From positions 22,026,628 through 22,090,627 of the forward strand of contig OZ037767.1 of assembly GCA_964035545.1 (NCBI GenBank): a stretch of 64,000 nt of DNA, in the 5' to 3' direction. The position numbers and the translations under genes were made by a program. Below, piece after piece: positions 1 to 14,207 of this stretch. This DNA comes from Bugula neritina. Taxonomy: Eukaryota > Animalia > Bryozoa. The number at the start of each line of letters is the position of its first letter. Positions within the stretch are counted from its first letter, which is position 1. Below the pieces are notes generated by a model. That model saw only the letters and a program-made list of their open reading frames with translations. It searched no databases and had not been told where the DNA came from.

Positions 1-228
1 TTACTTGTTGTGACAGATAGAGCCACTTAATTTTTTAGATAAGCTGCTATAAAAGTGCGTGAAAGTTTGTATTCATAAATTCACAATTATTCAGTAATTT
101 TTATTAACATTAATAAAAAAGCATTTCATTTACCATTCCTAATTGATACACTCAATAGCTTAACTGTTTATTTTATATATTTATCTACAAATATTATATT
201 GAGGACTAATAAGGTGTTTTGCTTACTA

Positions 229-399
229 ATACGCAGTGGGTAGGGTACTGTACCCGGCTAATCTGGCTCTTTGATGTTGCTTGTTAATAATTTTTGTTTG
301 TTTTTCAGCTCGAGCTGATTCTGACAGTTGGGCTGTGATGGCCACAGGAGCAGACTCTGCATCCAATGACGACTTGGAGCTGGAATTCTCTAAGTAAGT
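229..399 (-). CDS. Possible internal exon of a gene continuing beyond the left edge of the window
   Basis: On the minus strand: TATGCAG acceptor, an open frame (TYLENSSSKSS...STLPTAY), then GTAAGC donor. No recognisable domain, and no upstream partner exon found. Confidence 0.25.
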
Positions 400-2331
400 C
401 TGCATATGAAATAGAGTGATGAATGAATGAGTCATTAACCAATCGCGTTACATAGCGTATGGCCTGGCAGCCTTTTTAAGAGTCTTACTTTACTTTGATG
501 TTCTACCTACTGTTTTAATTCTTAATTTCAATTTCACTAGTCAAAAGCTAGATGTTTTTTCAAATAGCATATGCATCGAACACTGGAACAGTCTATTTTT
601 ATGCCTTTTATTCTTATATAACATCATCGCATTAAAACAAATTAAGTAAAAAAGAAGCTTTTGATTATTGTTCAGAGTTTGGTAATTGTTGTAAACTCAG
701 CACACGTGACAATTGAGTAGCATGTACTGGTTTATGAAGCTGTGGTCTCTAGCTAATAGAAATCTGCGACTAGCTAAGTTGCATAGTAGTAGTAAGAGAC
801 TACAGCTAGAGCTGTTCAAACTCAAAGAGGGGAAAATTTGAAAAATTGTATTTTTCTATAAAAAGAAGTTTCGTTATGCAAACATATTTTATATAGCCAT
901 AAATATTTTCTTCAAAAAAATTTGTCTTAAAATGAAACATTTAAATGTTTGTAAAAATTTGCACTGAAATCAGTTTCTTTAAAAATTTGGTTCATGAATA
1001 ATTTGATCCTTTATAATTCGTTTCCAATTTTCAAATAAAATGTCCACTTATATATTTGCCAGACTCCGAGCTATTTAGTATACATATAATTGACATGTTA
1101 TGTCATTCAGTGGTTGACTAAAATTTAATATTATTGAGAAACTAAGTACATTCAAATCAAGATACATATCAACTACTCAACTTGAATTAAATTCTTACTT
1201 AACTTGAAGCAAGTCTTTACACTAGTTTCCCATTTATGAAACAATACTTGAGGTTTAACATATAAGCAAAGTTATCTTTCAGTCTATAGCTGCTCTTACA
1301 AGTCTATCATTATGTTGTCCATGGCTATAAAGGCAGTACATTTTTTACAGCTTTGCAAGGTCAAGAAGTACAACCAACTTGGCTGATCTTCACACATCAG
1401 TGCATTCAGCATGGGACATTTGAAGAATGAAGTCAAATGCGTGTCGATCTCAAAGTTGGACTAGATTCCAGGCAATGGGATGCCTATTGACAGCAATGTT
1501 ACATTTAAATGAATTATAGATTTAACATATTTCAGATCAAATGAGATCATTATAATATGAATATCAATTTGATATGATGTTGAGCATTATTAAATTAGCA
1601 TACCATTATGGTATGTGGAGTTGTGTATAAAAGGTTAGTGAAATGCAAATGTGCAAATTAATACTAATACTGAAATAGTTTATGTAGTTTCATTGCAACA
1701 GATTATCAAATATGAGATGATCAATTAAATGATTACTGTCTTTTATAGTAATATAATATATTGTAGTGTTTGTCATATAACATATTACATCTTATAATAT
1801 TATGATATATTTCATATAACTACTCAATCTCTACATATGCAATGTTATAATATATTATTTTGCATATAATGTAATCAATTCTAGCCTGTATATTCTTTTC
1901 TCATGAGCAGAAACACAGGTTTTAAGTTACATACAGATGACAACTAAGGTGATTACATAACAGATATTAAGTTTTCTACAATATCAGATCTGCATTGAAA
2001 ATAGGGAGTCAAATAGAGAGCTCAATCAGACCTTTCACAATATTATGTTAAAGAATATTTATTAGTAGAACATGGCACAAAATAAATGAACCAATGATAC
2101 AAAAGAGAGATTATTATAAATTAAATATTTATGAGGTAAATATTCGAGCAATATTGTTGTGTAACTAAATGTCATAAAAATATACACTTCCTTATTAAAA
2201 TACAACCCTCAACAGTAATAATAAAGATATCGTATTATTTTAATAAAACCTATAAAAAATAGCACTGCTGAAATCCTTTTTGACTGAATGGTGACTTTAA
2301 TACAAAATATCAATTATAGAATATTTCTTAA

Positions 2332-5300
2332 CTAAAACTGATAGGTTCTGGTGGGTCGGCAGCAAACACAGACGCTGCAGCTCACAAAACTCAGTACTAA
2401 CTCAATGAATCCAAGAGAAAGACCGGCTATAGGGAACGTGAGGATCCATGGGTAATGAGTGTTGTTGAGGTCAAAATTACTAAAGAGAAATTGCGAGTCC
2501 TGTAACAAATAAGAACATGTGATCATGTGACTTTGCTAATATACAGTACATGTGACTTCTTGAAAAAGTGTAACTTTGGAATTGTCTCCCATTTTCAGAT
2601 GCTCCCAAACTCTTATTTTTATAAACATTGTGCATAATATATGTTAAAATAAAACACCACTTTGTTGAAATTTTACCTTTGTTTACATTTACTAGATTTT
2701 ACTATATAACAAAAGTCGAATAATTTTACCAAGTATCTCCAGATATAGTGTCGCATTTACAGTTTGTGTTTAGCACCAGCAAAAATAATATACATATACA
2801 AAGAAGGCTCTATTATTTAAGCATTACTTACTGGATATGCAGAGTATATGAAACTCATTGACTGCAGCTTATCAACGTCATTGACTGTAGCCACATTGAA
2901 GAACAGCTCAATAGACAAGATAATAGCTGCAGGAGCGAATATTAGCAGTGATGTGGTGTTCATAAAGAGAAACAGACCCTCCTATAATAAAATAGTGTAC
3001 CATAATGTATTTGTGTAGCATAATATATCATAGTGTAGCATTATGTATTTCATATGCAGTGGGTACACTAATTCCCTCCACTGTATAATCAATAATCTAA
3101 TACTAAATACCCAGGGAGAGTAAACAACTCCCAAAGTCATATGTAGGCCTACTTCGTACCAATTATTACCAAGAGGAACATTGTTAACTTTATAAAGTAA
3201 ATGTTTTTAAACTTGATTGGGCACTCTGTAGCACTGTGTGAAAGTATTTTAGGTATTGCTTACAAATTCATCAAAATAACCCTGCAAAAACACTTATTAA
3301 TGTTCAGAAACAAATTTTCATTACTAACAAAGTTCTGTAATATTCTATCTAAAACACTATTCTTTAGTCTTTAAATCGACTAAAAAACATTATAAGTAAG
3401 TAGAGTCAGAAAAAATTGAGTAGATATTTCTCCGATGTTGGCCAATGTATGTATGATCTTCACACAAACATAGTGAATGAGTGAGACTTACCAAGCAGCC
3501 CTTGTCTTTGACGCACATGGCAAAACATCCCGACAGCATAATCTATAGAAAGACATAAAATAAACTTATAATAATGAACATGTTTTAAAATGAATTTGGT
3601 TTATAAGACCAAACATGGACTTGTCATTTGGTGAGAAACTATTAAAGAAAGCATGGGGAGCTTAACCAAAGGTTAGAGCAATTGCTTTGTAAACACGAAG
3701 TCATCGGTTCGAACCCTGACAAAGGCTATTGGTAATGTTAGGAAGAGCATCCAATCATAATTTTGTCTGTGCCACATATGAAGAAGTCCTTAGCCCACTT
3801 AAAAAACTCTTTTCCACCACGGGTTTCTCACAGGGATGGTTACTATAAACTTGCATGAGTTTTTATTAAAGAGAGCATGGAAAACATCAATAAATAATCA
3901 ATATCAAAATATAATACTTATATGCAACACCCACCCTCTTCCCCCCCCCCCCATGTACCCATATGAAAGGTTGTGTTTTGTGATAATAACACAGTTCATT
4001 AGATGTCTAAGTACTGGGCGTAAGTACTGGACGCAAAAGCTTTTGAAAATAAATGTACTGCTTAATGGATAATATCAGTAACCATGGAGAAACTTTTTTA
4101 TGAGCAAATGATAAGTAATAAAAAATTAAAAGTGGCTTAAAGATTTTAAGTAGATTTAGTTATAGTTGAAAAAAGTCTTTCTAAGTGTGATTAAAGAACA
4201 CTGGAACACAGTTGGAACCGAGCTATGTAACACTTTTCAAACTATTTAGCAGATTAAACTATTATGGATTTTACGATAAGGCTGTGGCTGTTTTTTTTAT
4301 AAATTTATAAAAATATTCTATATAGCTGACGTTATTCCAATAACTGATGCCTTCAACAAGTAAACTAGAAAGTTACTTTATTGTTCCGCATGGGTTTCAT
4401 TATCGACAACGATTACGTTTATCTAAACTCTACACAGCTTTTTATAAGATAGTTCTCACAACTTCATTGTTTCTATTTGGTAGAAAACTTTAATTCGTTT
4501 AAATAAATTTGAATAAAATATGTATTTCTAATGGCTCACTTATACCAAAATATCAGAAGAAACTATAAAGAAAATTAACATATAATACTATACTTGGGTG
4601 AAACAAGAACAATGGTATACAAGTAGACCCAAGCATATTATATTTAGCATTAACATGCTTAAATAATTCATGGTTGCAAAAAAAGCTAAATTTACCTTTT
4701 ATAAATGTGTGTATTATCATCTTATGCAGTAAATATAAAATAAAATATTCTAATATTTGTACCTAATATGATAATATATTATAATATTTGCACATAATAG
4801 AATAATATATTCCTATATTTACTTAATTTAGCACTAAAAATTTAGTGAACGGCATAATTAGCCAAAAAATTGAAATAATTAGCAAGCGGTGCTGGCTGTT
4901 AATATTGATTAATTGTACCACATTACTACCACCACCTGGAGATTTTAACTACACACCCTCCATGCACACAGTGCATATATCTGCACGGTAACCATTCCAC
5001 AAATCTCTAGGATTAGTTACTAGCAACTAAATAGGAATGTATATGCACTAAACACTAGCATGTCATACTCATGTGAGTGCTAGAGAGTGTTACCATATCT
5101 GGGTGACAAATAAACTCAGCTAACTTGATCTAAGCAGAAATTATACTTTTACAATCACGTATGCAGATATATTTTAATAATTCGTGTTACTGAAAAAAGT
5201 TGAATTTCATGATTGGTGATTTCTCAACAAAAAAAGAGACCATTTAAAACAAATGGAACTGAATTAGAAAAATCGTTTCTTCATCGATGAAAACCCGGAG

Positions 5301-8300
5301 ACAAATAAAATAAACTTTTAGCAACGACAGGTTGCGCATTTATTAGAGTAGAAATACTTATTAGTGGAATTATATAATGTAGCGGAAGAATCACCCTATA
5401 ATACATATGGAGGAAGTATATATGATCTATGAGTTATAGAAGGCAATGGCCATGTAGATTATAGAACAAAAGCCAATAATTTCATGCATTGATTATACAT
5501 GTTTTGATGCATAACAACTAATAGCACTTGATGACTCTGTCCCTAAACAATCTGTTGCCAAAGCAATGCACTCTGTGAATATGGGGGCTTCACTAAGCAT
5601 GGCATATAATGTGATGCGGCCACTACAGAAAATAGTGTATTATCTGGGAGTTGTCTTGCCTAGCAAATAATGTGCCTTGATGCACTATGCCAAAGCTGAC
5701 AATTTGATTTACTTGAAGCTCAGATTAGCCTAGCTTGGGTTGATACCACAAATTTTAAGAAACTGGCTTACCATTGTTTTAAAGTTTTGTATTACAAGGA
5801 GTCTACACTGATGACAAATAACAACATACCTTAATTCAAATGAGAGAAATGTATTTTAAGAATTTCCCTTCAAAGTGATCGATTGCAGCAGGAGTTAAAT
5901 TTGAAAATTCACATTAGATGACCTACCTACCTGTATTCACAGGTAATATTATAACAATAATTAATTTATAATGACAAAATAATGACATTGCAACATCATT
6001 ACTTCATACCACATATATATTGTAGATATGTGCAGTATGATTTACTGGTGAAATAGTGGCACTCAGAGCCTATATTCTACAGTATATTGCTGATACACTC
6101 TCGACTCAGCAAAGTGGTGAATAATGAGATTAGTATAAACTGCTAATCCCCCTTCTACACTCAGCAAGACACTTCAACTCTTCATCTATATGCAATTATA
6201 GCATTGCTTTATTTCTTATATTGGATTTGCATCTCTTTGTTTGAGAGGGAGTTTGACCAGCCACTTTTTTAAACCAAAAATAGATGTAAAATATTAGGCA
6301 CTATAGCTCCACCTGCACACACCTGCGAGTTTGGTGTTAGTCAGATCCAGCAGAGGCTAACTTCTAACTTACAGCAGGACAGAAACATAATCAAGAACTT
6401 CCACATTATACTAGCATAGCGTCGACTTGCACAGTCAACATTTTTACCTTTATAGGATTAAAGAATATAATAATATATAATATACTATAATAGGATATAA
6501 TATATAATAATGCTTCATACATAGATGAGAATGAGACAACGTTCTAGCTCTCGAAATGATGGGGATTTAAAAATGCACTGAATAAAAGCTACAGAAATGG
6601 AAAATAGGTCAACATAACCCTAATGCATTCATACAAGAAGAATTTCAATAAAACATGACTTTATCAAACATGCCAGAAATAAACGATAAATCATTTTATC
6701 TCTTCCAATTTTATGCCATAAATAACTGAAATAGTCATGGCTGACTGACTAAACTAATATTTATAAATAACAAAAACTAGCAGCCAAGTCAGTAAATTTA
6801 CTGGTAGGTACCTCTGATGTTAAGTAACCAACACCGCCTCCACCTTTAACTACCATAATGTAGAACTAAATCTAAAGTTTTTATATGTAAAAAACGGTAA
6901 TAAAATTGATGTGTTTTGCTTCATCACCAATGTTTTTTTCAAATTGCTGAATAATACAGTAAAAAAGAAAATCTACTTATCAACTCCAAGCACCTTTAAT
7001 GATACTGATTATATATTTTTACCTGCTGGGTATATAAAAACTAAAATTGAAACTATCCAGTATTATGCAAACAACTGGAAATCATACCATGTGTATAACA
7101 TATAACTAGAAGTCCTACCAGCTAACATGCTGGCTCTCTCATCATATGCTGGATATGCGTTGAGGTGGCAAAACTGATTGTATTATAGCATACAAAATGT
7201 TTGTCTGTCACAGGGTGTGTGTGAATCATCAGAATTCTAAGTGTCACAAGCAAAGAATACGGAATATGAAGTTGATGAGGGTAGAATATGAAGATGGTGG
7301 TAGAAGTTATGAGAAAGTTGAGGGAGTAATGCATACCACAATGGAAATGAACTTCAACTATCAGTAGTAAAGTATGTCACCTCAGAACAAACCTTCATTA
7401 GCAATAAGTGAGGGTACTCTTTCAACATAAAGTCATATATTATGTGTAACTATGGCATTGATTTATTACTAGCTAGATATTAGATTTAAGCTCATCTTGT
7501 GGTTTCAGGTTGGACAAGCAGATTTTGAAAACAACTAAGTTCTAGTTAGCTAGTAAGAATCCTGTAAAACTTTCAGCCCAGCTTGCAAGACCTGCATAAA
7601 AATTTTGAAATTAGAAAAGCAAACTACATATAAATGATATTGACTGCATAGCATACTAAAACCATTGAAAAAGGAAGTGGCACTGGAAGAACCTGCTACC
7701 ATAAGAATGTACTGATGATGGATAAGTGGTTGCAAGGTTCTCAGCAATTGGCAAGAAATTTGAAATAATATCATTTGATGCAGTAACCATCGGAAAGAGA
7801 GATTTTCGTTTGAAAAAGAAAGCTTAGCTTAGTTCTATTGTTGGAGGTATGTGCAAGTTTGGCAATTTTAGGAGGTTAATTCAAGCCCCACCCCAAACCA
7901 GGAGATATAAAAAACAAATCTGCACTAAAATTAAATACAAATGTTTTTTTTTCAACAAAGATACCATCACTATACAAGCTTTTATAAATACTTGCAAAGA
8001 CTGTATATTACAGGTTGGTGAATATCTATACCTTCAGTAATAATGGATATTGCTAAGGCAACTGTTTAAAATGCTCAATTCATAACTAAAATCAGGTATA
8101 GCTTCAAGTATAGGCAACATTTAAGACCTAATAATATAAAGGCACCACACAAACAATAAATGATAGATAAAACGCATGACTGATTTTCAGCTGTGGTGTG
8201 AAGGGATGAGATGTAAAGAGAAAACTAGGCAAGGTAACAGAACCAGTGGACTACAATATCCTAAAAATAATATGTCGTCTGGCAAAATTCCTTCAGGATA

Positions 8301-11300
8301 CATTTAGAAGCATGATTATTTCCAAGTGTAAGATGAGACTGCAGAGTTGTCCCGACATTTCAATAGTATAAGTCTAACCCCTGATTCACACTTACCGTAC
8401 CGTAAACCGTTACAGCAAATATCAGCCATTTTTACAAATGTCTGAGCTTCCTGTACGGTGTTGCGGTACGGTAGGGTCAAGCACTGCTTGATTAAAAAAT
8501 GTTGTGGCGGACTTCAATTGGACAGAAAAACTTTTGCGTTAACTCATTGAATATAATTGTCCAATGACGTGTCATAGATCGTACCTAATAGCAGACTTTG
8601 AAAACTTCAGCCCCGACACATTAAAAATGGCTGATATTTTACGGGTAAGTGTGAATGAGGAGTACTAGCTCCATAGGCCTGCTTTGCTTTCTATTTCAAT
8701 AATAACAGTCGAGTGAAACTAATTGAAGCAGCTCATTCAAATTAGCTGCATTTAAACAATTATTGCAGATCCAACAGGATGGTTGATTATTTGCAGTATA
8801 GAAGACTGGGTCAGCTTATGTTATTTGTATATTTATTCATTGTCTATATGGCTATGCTGCCACTACAGTCTACAGAAGTGTGTATACTACGGATGTAGGG
8901 TACAATAATAAAGAAGTTTTATAGCAGGTCAAACTAGTCTCTTGAACTTTGCAGATAGAATCATAAATGTTAGCTGTTACCAGTTTTATGAAGAGAAGTA
9001 ATTGAGGTTCACAACAAAAGTGACCTGCCACAAGAGTGTGCTATCACCTACGAGCTACATACAGATTTTATCAACAGCACCTTATTATTTTTCACAATAT
9101 TAAATGCAAATGATGATCTACGTAGTTTTTACTCTTTCAGTCAAGGAAATACTCTTTTTCCTTCTTTACAAACCATTTCAGTAACTTTAATTATTTTCCA
9201 ATGATAAAAAAAACATGTCGTAACTCCCAACTATGAGATTAAATGCAAATGTTGGTGAGAGAGTGCTTAGGTGAAACCATGGTTTTGTCTATGAATCACA
9301 AATAGCAAACGTAATAACAAAAATAACTTTACGCAAGACAAGCCTACAAGTCCACTATGCTTGACTAAGTTATTACTGAATGATGCATCCACAGAATGGG
9401 ATTCAGCTTCAAATTTTTCCTCATAGAAATAGATTATTCAGTGACTTCCCAGAACTATAGAGAATTCATTACAAACATTCAGCAACAGACATGACTATCT
9501 TAATGCAACCTTACAGATCCTAATACTCTGAAGGAACAGTGAAGCAAACTGAAGTTTTTAAACTCCAGCACTGGTGTTAGGAAATTTAAGAGCTTTCTCT
9601 TCTACATGAATACAAAGAATAAGGAAAGCAATTAATTGACCATTTGATTAATGATTCACAAAGCAAGTGTAGAGGAAATATAGCTAATGATGAGTGATCA
9701 AAGAGGGCATAACTTAACTGAACTGAAAAGCCTAATTACCTGATTATATCATTGAAATACCACATAGAATATTCATGATGCTAGTATACTCTTAGGTTAT
9801 AAACTGCACTACATCATTCTAGTAACGTCAAATGTTACAGCACTCGTCAAATGTTACAGCACTCGACAAGAAACTTGTAATAGTTGAGGCATTTCCTAAT
9901 ATTCACAGTGCAGCTGCTAAAATGACAGTCACTCATTGATTCAGTAATAACTTATCCCATTATTCTATCCCGTGTGTGTTATATGTTTTACCACCCAAGG
10001 CCCAGCAGAACTTGTCAACTCATGTCACCTTATTGACATGCTGTAGCAGGTGTAACAAGGATTTGATATGCTTGCCTACAACTCTCAGAGTTGCTGTATT
10101 CATTATCTAATATGAAGTAGTATATTATCATGATGCTCAAAGACCCCAAGTCGAATACACAGTTTGGTGAAATGGACAACAAAATTACTTTAAATAACTG
10201 TTTTGAGAATAACATGTTGCTGACTTAATATTATGTTTTCAAAGTTTATTAAGTCTCGATCTTTGCCAGTTTTGTCCATTTTAATAATTCGAGCTAGCTA
10301 GTACTAGTCAATGATTATCGCATATTGTTAAAGAGTAAGTTTTGTGAGTGTAAGTAGGGGACTAAAAGTTTAGTTATCATATATTATAATAAGATCTTAC
10401 ATAATTCAATCAATGCATTAGAAAAAAGTTATATTACTGAACACTAGCAATGTATCACATTTATTCCTTCCTTAATTTACCCCATCTACTAACCTACTTC
10501 TCATTCCTTCGGTTTTTGCACTTAAAACTGGCTGGTTTAGCCAACTAACTTCATACATTGCACAGTCAATGAGGCCAATATCTTCCAGGAAGCAAGGAGC
10601 TGTAAAGCACTAGGCTAGGCACAGCAATATGGGCTGAATACAAACAGCCCTTATTTGGAAAGGTACATCCATTTTGAGCACATTTGTGAACTCTAAGCTA
10701 GATAAGCGTTTACACTTTGGGCCCTAGTATGAATAACATGATGTCCATCATTAATGCTGCAGTTTAATGTAATTTACAAGAGTGAGTTAAGCTAAGCTCA
10801 TGCTGTGAAAGACTGGCTCATTTACAGCTCCCATAGAAATCACATAGATGGATTCACGCTACGAATATTAGATTATGCTCCTTTTACAAGTATATATCTT
10901 ATATGTATTGCAAGTCTTTCAACAAGCATTGAGTTACATGAATTATAAAAGCTTTTCTTAAAAAAATATTATTATAGAATAATTGCATTTGCTTTTCTCT
11001 GTTACTTGACATACTTGTAAATGTACAGTTTTTTGTTCAAGGTTATTCAGAGCATATCTAAGTTCAGAGGTCAATAATGACTGCCCCTTTATTCTGGAAT
11101 CTTATCTATAAATTGGTTAGTGTTTATATGTGACAGTAAGTTTTGATTATAAATTGAATTTTTGCCATAAAAACAGCTTATTGTGAGCATATAATACATT
11201 TTTACGCCCTGCACTGCATGAATTCCAGATTAAATGGTCTAGCTGTTAAAAAATTATTGCGGCATTGCTGCAGCATGCTGATGATGATGAATAGAGAGGG

Positions 11301-11827
11301 TGTAAGAGAGTTAAAAGAAATGTTTACTTTGTTTGAAGAGTTGAGAGTATTCGATTTCAATAACAAAATAACAAAAACAATAAGTGATTAAAAAGTTGAA
11401 GTGCTTAAATTGCCACGAGTTTAAGTATTAGTATCAGTTTTTGGTTACGAAATGACAAAATAATAAATAATCTGATGCTTAGAAGCCAATTATTCCAACT
11501 TGACAGGAAATGAAAAAACCTATCTACCGACTTATTGAAATAATAATAATATACAGCAAAACAGAAGGATAGTGCACTGCTTACCCAAAATCCAGTCCAA
11601 ATCTGGACAGTATAAACCAGCCAGCACCAAACCTGATGCTGTATCGGAAACTTTGACCATGGATCTGCTGCTTGCCAACTTACAGATTCATCTCCTCCTG
11701 CCTTCATTGATGGCCAATAAAATATGGTCAACAGCAGCCAAGTTAGCCCACAGCCACACAGCAGAAACCCAATTATCATGTGAAAGAAGCCAACTAATAA
11801 ATATGGCCGTCTAGTAAGTGAACCCAT
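2332..11827 (-). CDS. MS4A/CD20-like four-transmembrane protein (~203 aa, 4 exons)
   Basis: Exons 11827-11585, 3542-3492, 2981-2832, 2499-2332; all GT-AG and phase 0. Four hydrophobic segments, MS4A-like motif QIWTGFW|IMLSGCFAMC, and a Cys-rich tail after TM4 (SCSVCVCC). First intron is about 8 kb. Confidence 0.75.
3655..3855 (+). mobile_element. tRNA-derived SINE, copy 1
   Basis: tRNA-like head with B-box GGTTCGAACCC (3706-3716). Body GGAAGAGCATCCAATCATAA...TGTGCCAC...CTCACAGGGATGGT is shared with copies at ~48.2 kb and ~50.0 kb. Confidence 0.75.
8377..8662. mobile_element. MITE with imperfect terminal and subterminal inverted repeats (PIF/Harbinger-like termini, tentative)
   Basis: Left CCTGATTCACACTTACC...AAATATCAGCCATTTTT versus right AAAAATGGCTGATATTT...GGTAAGTGTGAATGAGG. 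Non-coding; lies in intron 1 of the MS4A-like gene. Confidence 0.65.
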
Positions 11828-14207
11828 TTTGTTATAATTATTCCTCTTTGAATTCGCGAGTTTCAATGGAGATAGACCTTAGCGATGCTATGTATAACTG
11901 TTGTCTGCTAGATACCAGATTCACAAGTTACGTACGAACTAACAATAGACAAGCGTGCGCACTTGTGCGTGCGGTATTCTAACTCGTAGCTGATTGGATT
12001 TTAAATGCAGGAAACAAGTACCGCCCTGCATGTGATCTCATTAACTCATCAAAACAACCATTAGTCATTACAACTGGAAAGGTGGTAGTTAAAATGGCTT
12101 TGTAATACAATAGCAGTTGTGCAACGGTCATTGCACCGTTAACATTGCATAAATAGAAAACTAAATCCATTTTCATGCTCAATTTTTGGAAAGATTATGA
12201 AAATTAATGAAAGAGTTGCCTAGTCTAATTAATGCTATAGTAACACCAGTAGCAATCTAGGATCTAAGTAAAGCTGTCTGAGTTCCAGTGTAGTTGAACT
12301 GTCTAAGTATGCCCACAAACCTGCTGAGTGGCTATATCTTCCGGCTATATTACTCATGTCTAGCTCAATTATGAAAAAACTTTTCAACTGCAATAAAAAT
12401 AATCATTTTTATAAGTATTATGGAAAAATTAATTCATGATGTCAAGCTTGACTAGAAATTTTTCATATCATATCTTTAAAGTAAATATCATACTTGGGTA
12501 TTTTTTACAACTATATCAATAACTGTGGGGAAAAGGTTTAAATATATATTATTATTGCATAAAATATATAAGCCACATATTATAAATTTAAGTAATGCAT
12601 GAAAGCTGCATTTAGTTATTAAAAGCCATACATCTGCAACTTAATTTGTGCATTCATAATACTATACAACAAATTCACAATTATATTTTGTTGAAAAGTC
12701 AATTAAACAATATAAGATTTCTACGTATTAAAATATCATAAATATGACAAATCCTTGCAGCTCACAAAAGATCAGCCAAACTGTAAAAATGGCTTTATTT
12801 TCGCATGCAACAGCAGCTCTAATAGTATAATGTACCAGCCATTAGAATATTTTTAATACATATGAAAATGTTAGGTCCATACTCTATTCTGCATGTGTAT
12901 AAACTACTAAGCAGAGTAGAAGCAAGCTAGTAACATGGGTTTATGTTGTATATAGATTTGAACTCAGGCTTTAGAGTTTAGAAAATCCTATTCAAAAACT
13001 TCTGTATTGTAATATGCTATCATAACATGAAAGCTGCATTGATCCGATATGAGAAATGGGTTTATTTTTCAAGTATGCCAGGATTAGTTTATAATTGAAT
13101 CAAGTTAATATTCTGTTAGAAGCAGCACCAAGTTGAAGGTGACTATCTATATACACATCATTGTCCAAACCTCAAGCCCCCAACCAATGCACTCAATGAC
13201 CACCAGCTTGGTGCTGCTTCAATCGATTTTTGATATATTTCATATGCAGGAACAATTTAAATAAACATCTAGATCCTAGCATATTATTATGAACGCAGGG
13301 AAGAGATGAAATTAATTTACAATCAATAAGCAAAAACTGATCATGTCAATAATTATATAATGTACATGTATTACATTAATAGTTATATAGCTTTGTACAA
13401 GTTACTGCAAAATCTAATTTCACAAGCTGCTATTCTTATGCCTTTCAATATTTTGACAAATGACAGTTCTAAACAAAATGCTGTTAGACTGTCAATATCA
13501 TGAAGCTGGAGAATTTCCAAAATGTGAAGTTTTTGATTCTAATAATCTGATTTTCTCAGGTGTTGTTGGCTATTCATATATTTTAATAAGAATGGTCAGC
13601 AATAAGCTGTACAGATAATCTGCCTCTACACTTTCAGGGTACACATTTAGCTAAAAACCCAGCAATAATAGAAAATTAGTGTAACAGAACAAATTCATTT
13701 CTTAATTTCACTTTAACATTAATTACTTAAAGTATGTTGACATTCTACTAATGACACTGAGATAGAACATGATTCTTAAAGCACAGTTAAAGATAGAAAA
13801 CTTGAAAATAATATTCTGGTATTGACATCAAATACACAGCAGTGAGTGAGTTTAAAATAAATTAAAACAATGAGTTGTCAAATTTGAGCATTATTAAAAA
13901 GTAAATATTGTAGTAAAACTTCTAAAACTGAATTGCTTCAATTGTGTTGAGCCATAAATCTGGGAGTACTAAAAGGATGCTGATATACCAGCTGTACATA
14001 TATAAATGTTGGATAAAACAACATCAAGTGATTGTTTAAATGCAAAGGAAGTTTTTCACTGTGGTTAAGAATAAAAAATGAATCTCATAAAACTTTAAAT
14101 AATATATTACAGAGTAATTCTAGAAACAGGCCTTCGTAAGAGAAGACAATTACAGCTGGGAAACTACAGGCATGCAATTAGACGTTTTCTTCAATACAAG
14201 GTGACCA

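Noticed and set aside
3836-10215. Short 60-80 aa ORFs within the 8-kb MS4A-like intron
   Set aside because: Random-length ORFs in AT-rich DNA with no motifs or consistent splice signals.
13119-13220. ~16-bp inverted repeat (GAAGCAGCACCAAG / CTTGGTGCTGCTTC)
   Set aside because: Probably a tiny MITE remnant; no TSD or second copy seen to support a call.
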